From an uncultured Bacteroidales bacterium (GTDB lineage Bacteria; Bacteroidota; Bacteroidia; Bacteroidales; UBA932), in the NCBI GenBank assembly GCA_946549475.1, contig CAMNQO010000001.1, positions 1 to 47,188 of the forward strand: a DNA stretch of 47,188 bases, given 5' to 3'. Shown one piece after another: positions 22,401-30,475 of this stretch. The notes below the pieces were generated by a model. It had not been told where the DNA came from, searched no databases, and saw only the letters and a list, made by a program, of their open reading frames with translations. The first letter of the stretch is position 1; the number at the start of each line of letters is the position of its first letter. A program made the position numbers and the translations under genes.

Positions 22401-25155
22401 GGGAGAATCCGGACATGTTGATGTGCTGCTCGGCCAGCATGTTGACGCCGCCGCCGACACTGATAAAGAGATTTTCCCACAACTTGTTGTCCAGGAAAGG
22501 AGAAGGTCCGGTGACGATATTGACCTTGAGCGGATCGTTGTACCCGCTCTTGCGGAACTGGGCAGCGGAAGTCCAGTTGCCCACGCCGCCGATGTTGTAG
22601 GTCAGACCCGCCAACGCAGTACCCTTATAGCCGAACGCCCGGCCCCTGCCCAGCATATTGGCATTGAGGACCGTCGCACGCAGGTCGAGGAAAGCCCCGA
22701 GCTCGGAGGTGATCCGGATGGTGTTGATCAGACCGAAGCCGGCGGCGAAACCGTCGCGGTACAACTTGCCCTGCGCGGTTTTGACATTGTAGAAACCGGT
22801 ATGATAATAAGGAATCAGGGACCAGATCCTGTCATAACGATAAGGATAGAGCAGGTTCGTCAGATCCCAGAGGATATCCGCGTGGAAATAGTCGGACTTG
22901 GCATTGAGCTGATAGGCCGGAGCGCCGCGCAACTCCCCGAGGGTCGTCGCCAACTGGGGACGGGGATTGTCAAGCCACTCTTTGAGGCTGCCGCCCTGAT
23001 AGCCCAGACGCACACCGAAATCGGGAGAAAACCACTTTCCGAGCGACACCTCATAAGCGGGAGCGGCAATCAGGTTCATACCCTGGGAGAAGCCCTCTTC
23101 GAAGAGCAGATTGACACCGCCGCCCAGCTGGACGAAGATATTGTCTTTCCAACGGCCGAAGACCGGCTGGCGGACCGCCGTCGTGTCGGTGTGGCTCTTG
23201 AAGTAATTGACCTTGCCCAGATCGACGGTGGCGCCGACCATGGCATTCAGCGCGATATCGGAGCCGCCATACTCCGTACGGCGGGTAATCGTATTGTCGA
23301 TGAAGGTCGAGCGCAAATCCACATACAGGCTGGTACGCCGGCCGACGCGGAAACTGTTGATGAGACCGAAGCCCATCACATAGGAGCGCTTGTATGACTG
23401 TCCGTTACGGGGAAGATAAGAACGCATCACGCCCATGTGCGTGTAGGGAATGAGACTCCACACATTGTAACGGTCGTAATGGAAGGTGTTGGTGGCATCC
23501 CAGAGGAAATCCGCGTGGACATAGCCGTAATTGAAAGAATTGACATAGTAGGTCTTGCCATTCTTGTCTTCTACGAACTCTACATCCAGCGTCTGGTGGG
23601 GCTGCAGGGAACGGAACTTGTAACGGTAGCCCTGATAGCCCAGGCGGATGGCCGTCCAGGGGGTAAACCATTTACCCACGGAAAGGTCGAGGGAAGGCGT
23701 CACACCGGCTGCGCCGAGCGTACTCTTGGGCTCCCAAAGCAGACTGCCGCCCGCCCCGAACGAGATAAACCAGTTGTTCTTCATGGCAGAGACGACATAG
23801 GGCGCAGGGCCGGTCGGCGTCCTGTCTTCATAAAGCAACTCGAACGAGGAAGACTCGGGGAAGTCACGGCGCCCGATGTTGTAGGCGAGACCGGCGAACA
23901 TCGTCCCCTGGAAGGCGAAACTCCGGTCTTTGCCGAACATTTCACCCTTGGCGGCCATCGCACGGGCGTCGATGAGGAGATCGAGCTTGTCGATGAGCCG
24001 GAAATTGCCCAGAAGGCCGACACCGCCGCCCATGCCGTTGATATCGGTATTGGTGCCTGTCGGACGGGTGTTCATGTATCCCAAGTGAATGTACGGGGAG
24101 ATGCCAAACGGACGCTTGCCGGAGGCAATGAACGAATTGACGACATCCCACATCAACTCCGCATGGAGGTAACTGTAATCCATCTTGTTGAGATACATCG
24201 GCTGTCCCTGGAACATGCCGGCGATGTTGGACATGCCCGGACGGGGGGCGGCCAGCCACTCGGACAACATGCCGCCGGTATAACCGATGCGGCCGCCGAA
24301 GTACGGCGAGAACCATTTGCCGAGTACGATGTCGAACGAGCCGGTCGCATTGCCGTTGAAACGCACCTGCTGCCCGCCTTCGGACAAAGTGGAGACACCG
24401 CCCATGATGCCCACATACATATTGTCGAAGAAAGAATTGTGGACGAGGGAACGGTCGCCGGGACGGCCCACGTCGGAAGTCCACCAGCTCTTGCCGATGT
24501 TGTAGGCCAGACCGGCGTTGGCCGTGGTCAGCAAGGCTCCGCCCGAATAGGGCCGTTTGACATTGCGGCCGTTGACAAAAGTGGCACGCAGGTCGATGTA
24601 GAGGCTGACGGCATCGCTCAGACGGAAGTTGTTGATGATACCCAGACCGGGCGCATACTCACGCTTGACGGCAACCCTGTTCATATCCCAGGTATGGAAC
24701 ACGCCCATGTGTACATAAGGGATAAACTCATATACGCGGTCGCGGGAATAACCGGCTACGGTATTGCTGAAGTTCCACAGAAAATCGTTGTGGACATAGC
24801 CGTAACGGAGCGACAACTCGTTGGTGTCCATCCCCTTGAAAACCGCAGGAACAGTAAGCCTGTGACGGGGCTCCTTGACATATTCGGAGAGGAGACCGCC
24901 CTGATAGCCGATGCGGAAACCGAACTCGGGGGAGAACCATTTGCCTACGCTGAAATCATATCCTCCTTTCACCTTGCCGTTGAAGAAAGGCTGATTGTCT
25001 TCCGTCAACATCGAAATACCACCGCCGGCATTGATAAAGAAATTATCCCACAGGGCGTTAATCTTGTATTTTTTCTCTTGGGCTTGGGCATATGGTACAG
25101 AAAAGACCAGCACCCCTGCCAGCAAAAGCCCGGATATCTTTTCAAATAGTTTCAT
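19465..25155 (-). CDS. Giant multi-beta-barrel outer-membrane protein: 8 OmpA-type barrel repeats plus a C-terminal DUF3575-like barrel
   Basis: Signal peptide AQA-Q; eight ~204-222 aa repeats with DN.F....GG / GKW.SP.FG.R.G..G / H.D.LW / PY.H.G / G.G..N / D.R / G..Y..G; final ~165 aa FALSTNLL...GTINL...YNPW...RWWPW...EEG...GYS...NLDFG; ends in Phe. Confidence 0.88.
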   Translation of the reverse strand: MKLFEKISGLLLAGVLVFSVPYAQAQEKKYKINALWDNFFINAGGGISMLTEDNQPFFNGKVKGGYDFSVGKWFSPEFGFRIGYQGGLLSEYVKEPRHRLTVPAVFKGMDTNELSLRYGYVHNDFLWNFSNTVAGYSRDRVYEFIPYVHMGVFHTWDMNRVAVKREYAPGLGIINNFRLSDAVSLYIDLRATFVNGRNVKRPYSGGALLTTANAGLAYNIGKSWWTSDVGRPGDRSLVHNSFFDNMYVGIMGGVSTLSEGGQQVRFNGNATGSFDIVLGKWFSPYFGGRIGYTGGMLSEWLAAPRPGMSNIAGMFQGQPMYLNKMDYSYLHAELMWDVVNSFIASGKRPFGISPYIHLGYMNTRPTGTNTDINGMGGGVGLLGNFRLIDKLDLLIDARAMAAKGEMFGKDRSFAFQGTMFAGLAYNIGRRDFPESSSFELLYEDRTPTGPAPYVVSAMKNNWFISFGAGGSLLWEPKSTLGAAGVTPSLDLSVGKWFTPWTAIRLGYQGYRYKFRSLQPHQTLDVEFVEDKNGKTYYVNSFNYGYVHADFLWDATNTFHYDRYNVWSLIPYTHMGVMRSYLPRNGQSYKRSYVMGFGLINSFRVGRRTSLYVDLRSTFIDNTITRRTEYGGSDIALNAMVGATVDLGKVNYFKSHTDTTAVRQPVFGRWKDNIFVQLGGGVNLLFEEGFSQGMNLIAAPAYEVSLGKWFSPDFGVRLGYQGGSLKEWLDNPRPQLATTLGELRGAPAYQLNAKSDYFHADILWDLTNLLYPYRYDRIWSLIPYYHTGFYNVKTAQGKLYRDGFAAGFGLINTIRITSELGAFLDLRATVLNANMLGRGRAFGYKGTALAGLTYNIGGVGNWTSAAQFRKSGYNDPLKVNIVTGPSPFLDNKLWENLFISVGGGVNMLAEQHINMSGFSPAIDVNIGKWISPQFGVRLGVQGASMVEHVRDARPRLAENVVRWANEDRYRFENKYFYVHSDFLWNLNNTFTQYDFNRFWNIIPYYQFGVIQGYYNTGSAYKQEYAMGYGLINTFRLSNRLNAFIDMRANFIRKRMLASQRNGGMATVLAGVSYDIGKNYWTSYKDVPDSYAYALNEFKDNWFLSAAGGVSLLMDGGQDGFNGDAGWAADITIGKWLSPQFAGRIGYQRGTVKDWTTAPRRGMSSVPATYLGKQMYANAYQFGYVHADVLWNLLNTVMGYDEYRVYDLIPYVHTGQYTTYVGGKRQREFAAGVGLLNNFNLSSRWTAFADLRLFSLKGESVGKSDDKAFGATLSAGISYNLGVSGFRTANRLNTLDRTGKLSGDKSAKKETGLPPFLANRLFDNIFITAAIGTNMLGELKSQSEIGAEFGFDFNFGKWYTPYFGNRIGVLGSRLSETVKQPRQGVTTGPDQFGNYKYNSKFYYLHSDFLWEATNTFGGYKRDRIWSVVPYGHFGFAQNFYMSGMSFKREFAYGAGLINNIRVLDNLKIFADLRFTTMSSRFVRQPYVLPVITSLFAGISYDLNKNYWQSYTEGTENQYVLKNFREGWFIGLSGGVTMAAEGGQSAGANTAPTGNAEFTFGKWFSPHFGGRIGLQAGSFSEWLDTARPGASTVGGNIRGNDMYQSVLSFGYLHADLMWDALNTFMRPDPERKWDLIPYAHSGFIRTNQVTGAKFANNLTAGAGLFVNYHLDEEFGLFADGRLYCLKSNTLGKNVGFAFASTINAGVSYNFGGKNWKKATEYVPDGKKERFEKDYRSFALSTNLLSWLNLGTINLEMQYEVARHWTIEGKVKYNPWTLNKGVPGQFQENQRGFAMGARWWPWYSFAGWWIGADAQFKNYRTGGVPWFKTPEEGTALGASLGFGYSVLITKWFNLDFGVSGWAGHKFFTNYEDSRFLTPTAKSQKWFIAPNEVSVSAVFIF
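20030..25060 (-). repeat. Eight diverged intragenic tandem repeats (~612-666 bp period)
   Basis: The Gly codon of the GKW motif starts at 24945, 24321, 23676, 23040, 22380, 21762, 21096 and 20484. Confidence 0.9.
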
Positions 25156-25172
25156 CAATGGTTTCGTCTTTT

Positions 25173-27179
25173 TTACAGGTCAAACGCTTCGTCCATTTGG
25201 GCATTCAGGCCATAAGTTTTTATCAAAATCGAAATCTCCGGATCGAGATTTCCCCGATTCTTGTAGGTCGCATCCTGACGACAGGCGTCAAGATAGCATT
25301 GGACCGCGTTTTTGTTGTCTCCCTGACGGGAATAAACCAACGCCAGCAGATAGTTGACCTCGGCGGTCCTTTTCATCGCTTCGAGGATGCCCAGCGCACT
25401 GAGATTGCGGTCCAGCGCCACATAACAGACAGCCAGGTTGTAGTCGTCCGGATAGTTGCGCAGGATCTCGATGGCATTGTCATAGTCGCGGTCCTTGAGA
25501 TATTCCAATCCTCTCTTGTACACCGTATCCAACTCGGTCGTCACGACCGTATCCTTGACCATGCCTTTGCGATGGAGGTGGAAATTGAAATTCACCGTAC
25601 GGAGTTTGGGATAGAGATTCTCCTTTATATAATTATAGTAAGGCTGGCCTTTGAGTTTGAGTTCGCGGGCATCCGGACTGGCCACCGGAAGAACATCATC
25701 GGAATAGGCCTGCTTGTTATCATCCGTCAGGATGGAATCCTTGAGGACCAGGTCGTTGAGCAACGGCCAATTCTCGGCTTGGGCGCGGGAACGGAAACGG
25801 ATCTTCATGATGGCGCGCTCCTTGTGGATGTTGCCGAACTCGTCCACGGAGAAACCTCGGTTGGCGTTGATGGAATCCACGACATGGTTCATATAGCCGT
25901 CAAAGTACGTGGAAACCGACTGGGAACGCTTGCGCGAGAGCATGTCGTTGGCCTGGTAACTGCCTTCGGGGGAGCAGTGCGCCGTCACGACCACGCTGTC
26001 CAGGTCGAAATCCTGACTCTGGAGGATGTTGTGGATGGTCTTGCGAATCTGCTTGATCTCGTCGGCGTTCTTGTTCATCGCCGGATCCACATCATAGCGG
26101 CCGACCTTGAAGTCGATGTTGAAAGAAGTGTTGGCTTCGGCACGGCGATAGATAACCTTGTGCAGATAGCGATCCTGCTGCTTGTAAAGCTGGGCGGCGG
26201 AACTGATGTTGTACTCCAGCGAGTCGGTACGGGGCACGCGGTAGATACGCTTGCCGTTGTTGTCGTAGATGTTGCCGGCGACATAGATGAGAGCCTTTTT
26301 CAATTTGGGGCGCGTCGTAATCGTCTCCACATAGTCGCAGACGAAATTGCCGTCTTCGCTGCGGACGACCGAATCGATGCGGATGCCCGTGCGGTCGTCG
26401 GGGTCGCGCATCACGCCGGCTTTCTGTTTTTTCTTGCGCAATCCTTTCAAGGCGCAACGGTTGCTGTAGTGGTCGATGGCTTCCTGGTCGGTGACCGAGT
26501 ACCAGTTTTCCAGTTCTTCGACCACCTTGGAGGAATCCGCCTTGGTATATACATAAGAGGTATCGTACTTCAGGCTGTAAATCTCGGGCATGTTGCGCTC
26601 GACGAAAACCTCAAGCGTATGTCCGCCTTTGTACTTGCCGGAGTCGGCAATCTCCTTCATCAGGCGCTCGTAGAGCTGGTAGCCGCGCAACTGGCGGATG
26701 CGGAACACCTCGCCGGTGATCACGATCTTTTCCAGATAAGAAGTGTCGAGAACCGCCCCGTTGTCCGCGATCAGATAGAGTTCGGGGGTCAGGTGCATCT
26801 GCCACTGGTTGTCCAGCATCACGGAAGGAACGACCACTTCAAAGCCCAGATCGATCTTTCCGCGGCGCTCGGCCACCCGTTTGAAACGGACCGTAATGGT
26901 CGCGGCGTCCAACACCTCGGTCGCCACCATTTCGCCCGTCTCATCGTCCAGGATGGCGTTCATCAACACCATATCATTGCCTTCTTCATCCTTGACAATA
27001 ATCGTCTCCGGCCGTTTGACTGTATCAATCTCAGACGGTTTTACATTTTCCTCACTGGGGAGTCGCAACTCCACTTCGTCATTCCTTTCTGCAAGTTTGG
27101 CCGCTTTGTTAGATGTACTGCAACCAAATACCAACAGAAATAAGGCTACTCCAGTGCTTATACAAGCAATACGTTTCAC
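25173..27179 (-). CDS. Lipoprotein with a DUF3868-like N-terminus, OmpA_C-like domain and C-terminal TPR
   Basis: Probable GTG start at 27179 (a promoter box at 27208-27215 argues against ATG 27230); lipobox VFGC; IDFKVGRYDVDP...N..EI...SPEGSY.AN..LS..RS...ENW..L...LYPKLR; TPR tail. Confidence 0.78.
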   Translation of the reverse strand: MKRIACISTGVALFLLVFGCSTSNKAAKLAERNDEVELRLPSEENVKPSEIDTVKRPETIIVKDEEGNDMVLMNAILDDETGEMVATEVLDAATITVRFKRVAERRGKIDLGFEVVVPSVMLDNQWQMHLTPELYLIADNGAVLDTSYLEKIVITGEVFRIRQLRGYQLYERLMKEIADSGKYKGGHTLEVFVERNMPEIYSLKYDTSYVYTKADSSKVVEELENWYSVTDQEAIDHYSNRCALKGLRKKKQKAGVMRDPDDRTGIRIDSVVRSEDGNFVCDYVETITTRPKLKKALIYVAGNIYDNNGKRIYRVPRTDSLEYNISSAAQLYKQQDRYLHKVIYRRAEANTSFNIDFKVGRYDVDPAMNKNADEIKQIRKTIHNILQSQDFDLDSVVVTAHCSPEGSYQANDMLSRKRSQSVSTYFDGYMNHVVDSINANRGFSVDEFGNIHKERAIMKIRFRSRAQAENWPLLNDLVLKDSILTDDNKQAYSDDVLPVASPDARELKLKGQPYYNYIKENLYPKLRTVNFNFHLHRKGMVKDTVVTTELDTVYKRGLEYLKDRDYDNAIEILRNYPDDYNLAVCYVALDRNLSALGILEAMKRTAEVNYLLALVYSRQGDNKNAVQCYLDACRQDATYKNRGNLDPEISILIKTYGLNAQMDEAFDL

Positions 27180-27304
27180 GACAAAAGCCTTTTTTACATA
27201 TAACTTACAAAGATATGAAGAAAAATCCAAACCACAAAAATTTCCCTATTATTTCTGAATATCAGTGAAAATGATTATTTTTGTACAATCATAAAAAAAA
27301 GTCT

Positions 27305-27556
27305 ATGAACAATACGGAACTTGACAACTGGTGGGCTTCCATTCCCATTTCGCAAAAAGAGCGGATCGCCCGCAAATCATTCACCAAAGCACATCCCGGC
27401 GAGACGGTGGACGAAGCACAAATCCTGTACCCGGCCTGCACGAGATGGTGGGGAACCTTGGATGAAGCCGGAAAAAACAAGATTTACGACCACTGCGTCA
27501 ACCGGCACGGCCTGGCCGAAAAAGAGTGGAACAGCGGCGACCCTTACGGGGACTAG
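27305..27556 (+). CDS. Small hypothetical protein (83 aa)
   Basis: ATG after an A-rich leader and a TATTTTTG box (27276-27283); fills the gap between two minus-strand genes. Confidence 0.75.
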   Translation: MNNTELDNWWASIPISQKERIARKSFTKAHPGETVDEAQILYPACTRWWGTLDEAGKNKIYDHCVNRHGLAEKEWNSGDPYGD

Positions 27557-27581
27557 TGCCGGATCCTGCGCACTGCAACAA

Positions 27582-29441
27582 CTACAGCCGCTCCTTTTTC
27601 ACTTGTTCGACGCCCTCCAGACGGGCAATGGCCACGACCGTCTCATTGAGTTCGGTGACCGAATGGACGGCAAAGCAGATGTCGCATACAAAGATTTCAT
27701 CTTTCGCCTGCGTCGTCAGGCTGGTCATGGGCAGTTTGTGCTCCTCGACGATACAGTGAATGATATCCCGCAATAAATGATAGCGGTCCACGGCCGTGAT
27801 ATGGATGTTCACCGGATAGGTGACATTCGGCTGGGCCTCGAAATCGGTCACGGAAACGATGGTGTTGCCCCGGGCGGAAGCGATGCTGAGAGCTTCTTTG
27901 CAATTGCGCTTATGGATGGAAATCTCGCCGGTGGCATCCTTGAAACCGATAATCTCGGCACCGGGCATCGGACGGCACAGCGGACACAGGCGGTAGCGGG
28001 GTTGGGGAAGGGTGCGCAGATAGGCGGAAATCCGCTTGCGGGCCTTGTAGGAAACGGCGGCGTCCAGCCAATCCGGCGTCGGATGGATGTGGGGGGCCGT
28101 CCCGACCAGCACCCGGTCTCCCCGGTGAAGGACGGTCTTGACGCTCACCAGCAGGCCGTTCACGCGGGCAAATTGGGCATGGTCGCCGATGTCGGTATGT
28201 ACCTCGTAGGCGAAATCGAGGACCGTAGCATCCTTGGGCAGGGTGATCGAACGGCCTTTCGGGGTGAAGACGACGATATCTTCGTTGAACAGGGAATGCT
28301 GGATGCCCGGCATCATCTCCTCCGACTCCTTGGACAGTTCCCGCAGTACCTCCGTGAGGCGTTGCAGCCAGATTTCCTTTTGCTCGAGGACGCAACCGAA
28401 GTAAGACTGCCGGCGCATGTTTTCCGATGATACATGGAACTCTTCGATCTGACCGTAGGGATTGAGCAGACGGAAATGGAGCGAACGATAGCCGTTGGCC
28501 TTGGGCTGCGCCATATAATTGACAAAGCTGCCCGTCTGCTCACTGTATTTGTCCGCCAGGATGGAATAGATTTTCAAGACAATGTCTTCCTCGCTGATGT
28601 CCCAGCCCGTCAGCCGGCAGACCTCGTCGCGATTGAAAGATGCGCGGATGTAATGTTTGAAAGGAACGTGGTAGAAGTCGCTGTTCTTTTCCTGCATTTC
28701 ACGCCAGATGCTGTAAGGCTTGCGATAGCGTATATCCCAGGTCACGGCACCGCATAAGGCCTGTTCGACGACTCCTCGGGCCTCGTTCATAAAGGTCTCC
28801 ACCGCCCCTTTCGTCCGTTCGCGGTCCTCTGCCAGCATCCAGGAGACAAAACTGTTTTCCTCCGGATTGAGAAAGCGGAAAGCCAGGTTTTCCAGTTCGG
28901 ACTTGACCAGGAAAAGGCCCAGGCGGCCGGCCAGCGGAGCGAAAAAGAATTGCGTCTCCGAAGCGATTTTCCACTGCTTCTCCGGCCGCATGGAGTCGAG
29001 GGTCCGCATGTTGTGCAAGCGGTCCGACAATTTGAGAATCAGCACGCGGACATCATCCTGGACCGAGCCCAGAATATGCTGGTAATTGTCCACCTGGTCG
29101 TTGTTGCGCTTGGTGACCGCCGCCACCAGAAAAGCGACATCGTCGCCGAAGAGCGAGCGGATTTCTTCGATTCCATGGGGCGTATCCTCCACGACATCAT
29201 GCAAGAGAGCCGCACAGATAATATTCGCGTCGGTCTGCAACATTTCGCGAATCACCACCAGGGCGACATTGACGGGGTGAACGATATACGGCTCACCGTC
29301 CTTGCGTTTCTGCAGACGATGGGCCTGCTCTGCCAACAGATAAGCCTGCTCGATTTTTCCCCTTTCCTCCGCCGTCAGGCTTTCCGGCAGCGCACGCGTC
29401 AGTTCCTCGTGTACCCGTGCAATCATCTCTTCAGGATTCAT
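27582..29441 (-). CDS. Long RelA/SpoT homolog (HD, degenerate synthetase, TGS, ZFD, ACT)
   Basis: AH..QKRK.GEPYI.HP, ALLHDVVEDT, KLSDRLHNMRTL; PKANGYRSLH; VFTPKG...LDFAYEVHT.IG (TGS); ACT-like C-terminus. Confidence 0.9.
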   Translation of the reverse strand: MNPEEMIARVHEELTRALPESLTAEERGKIEQAYLLAEQAHRLQKRKDGEPYIVHPVNVALVVIREMLQTDANIICAALLHDVVEDTPHGIEEIRSLFGDDVAFLVAAVTKRNNDQVDNYQHILGSVQDDVRVLILKLSDRLHNMRTLDSMRPEKQWKIASETQFFFAPLAGRLGLFLVKSELENLAFRFLNPEENSFVSWMLAEDRERTKGAVETFMNEARGVVEQALCGAVTWDIRYRKPYSIWREMQEKNSDFYHVPFKHYIRASFNRDEVCRLTGWDISEEDIVLKIYSILADKYSEQTGSFVNYMAQPKANGYRSLHFRLLNPYGQIEEFHVSSENMRRQSYFGCVLEQKEIWLQRLTEVLRELSKESEEMMPGIQHSLFNEDIVVFTPKGRSITLPKDATVLDFAYEVHTDIGDHAQFARVNGLLVSVKTVLHRGDRVLVGTAPHIHPTPDWLDAAVSYKARKRISAYLRTLPQPRYRLCPLCRPMPGAEIIGFKDATGEISIHKRNCKEALSIASARGNTIVSVTDFEAQPNVTYPVNIHITAVDRYHLLRDIIHCIVEEHKLPMTSLTTQAKDEIFVCDICFAVHSVTELNETVVAIARLEGVEQVKKERL

Positions 29442-29476
29442 ACGCTTGTTCTCGAAAAGGCAAATATACGAATTTT

Positions 29477-30469
29477 TCAGGAATTGCTACGGGATTGAAA
29501 CCAGCGGACGAAGCGAGCGACCCCCTCCTCCAGACTGACCTGCGGACGGAAACCCGTTTCCCGCTCCAACAACGAGGTATCGGCCCAGGTACGGTACGCA
29601 TCCCCCTCCTGCATCGGCAGATATCGGATGACGGCCTTGCGCCCCAGGGCTTCTTCCAGCAAGGCGATGAAATCCGGCAGGGACACAGGCCGGCCGGCTC
29701 CGATATTGTAGATTTTGAAAACGCCCTCCGTCCCGGCGGCCGGCACACGGATTCCGCCCTCAGGAGCAAGCCCCTTGTCCAGCACCGCCACGGTCCCCCG
29801 GGCGATGTCGTCGATGAAGGTGAAATCGCGGAGCATCTTCCCTTCGCCGTAAAGTTGCAGAGGACACCCCTGCGCAATGGACCGGGCAAAGAGCATCGGA
29901 GCCATATCCGGACGGCCCCAGGGACCGTACACGGAAAAATAACGCAAAGCGGTGACTGTCATCCCGTAGAGACGGGCGTAGGAGGCGGCGAGCGCTTCGG
30001 CTTGCTGCTTGGTCCCGGCATATACGCTCAAAGGCTCCCCGAGCGGCATATCCTCACGAAAGGGGACCTGGCGGGCATTGCCATAGACAGAACTGGAAGA
30101 GGCAAAAACGAGATGGCGGACCGCATACCGGCGACAGCAGTCCAACACCTGGCGCAGGCCATCGACATTGGTGTGGAAATAGGCGGCCGGAGCCTCAAAA
30201 GAATGGCGGACGCCGACCTGGGCGGCCAGGGAGACGACGGCATCAAAACGCTCCCGGGCAAACAACGCATCCATCGCCGGCGCGTCGCAAATATCCATTT
30301 GCACAAAACGCATCTGGCCCCCAAAGGTGGCCAGACGGTCTTTTTTGAGTTGAATGTCGTAGTAAGCGTTCAAGTTGTCGATTCCGACAACCTCGTCTGC
30401 CCGGCCCGTCAGCAAAGAAACGACTTTCGATCCGACAAATCCGGCAGCCCCCGTTACCAGGACTTTCAC
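29477..30469 (-). CDS. NAD-dependent epimerase (UDP-glucuronate 4-epimerase-like)
   Basis: GTG start; TGAAGFVG, DNLNAYYD..LK..RL, ASSSSVYG, YAGTK, VYGPWGRPDMA, RDFTFIDDI. Confidence 0.9.
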   Translation of the reverse strand: MKVLVTGAAGFVGSKVVSLLTGRADEVVGIDNLNAYYDIQLKKDRLATFGGQMRFVQMDICDAPAMDALFARERFDAVVSLAAQVGVRHSFEAPAAYFHTNVDGLRQVLDCCRRYAVRHLVFASSSSVYGNARQVPFREDMPLGEPLSVYAGTKQQAEALAASYARLYGMTVTALRYFSVYGPWGRPDMAPMLFARSIAQGCPLQLYGEGKMLRDFTFIDDIARGTVAVLDKGLAPEGGIRVPAAGTEGVFKIYNIGAGRPVSLPDFIALLEEALGRKAVIRYLPMQEGDAYRTWADTSLLERETGFRPQVSLEEGVARFVRWFQSRSNS

Positions 30470-30475
30470 GGACGA

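Noticed and set aside
20030-25060. CRISPR array, DGR or recent tandem duplication as the explanation for the repeats
   Set aside because: Similarity is at the protein level with heavy nucleotide divergence. I saw no identical short repeats, no adenine-specific TR/VR pair, and no reverse transcriptase or cas genes.
20245-25149. 1050-aa and 570-aa plus-strand ORFs over the polybarrel gene
   Set aside because: Antisense mirror frame; their apparent repeats only reflect the barrel repeats on the minus strand.
29477-30469. Polysaccharide biosynthesis locus
   Set aside because: A single orphan epimerase; no glycosyltransferase, flippase or polymerase genes nearby.
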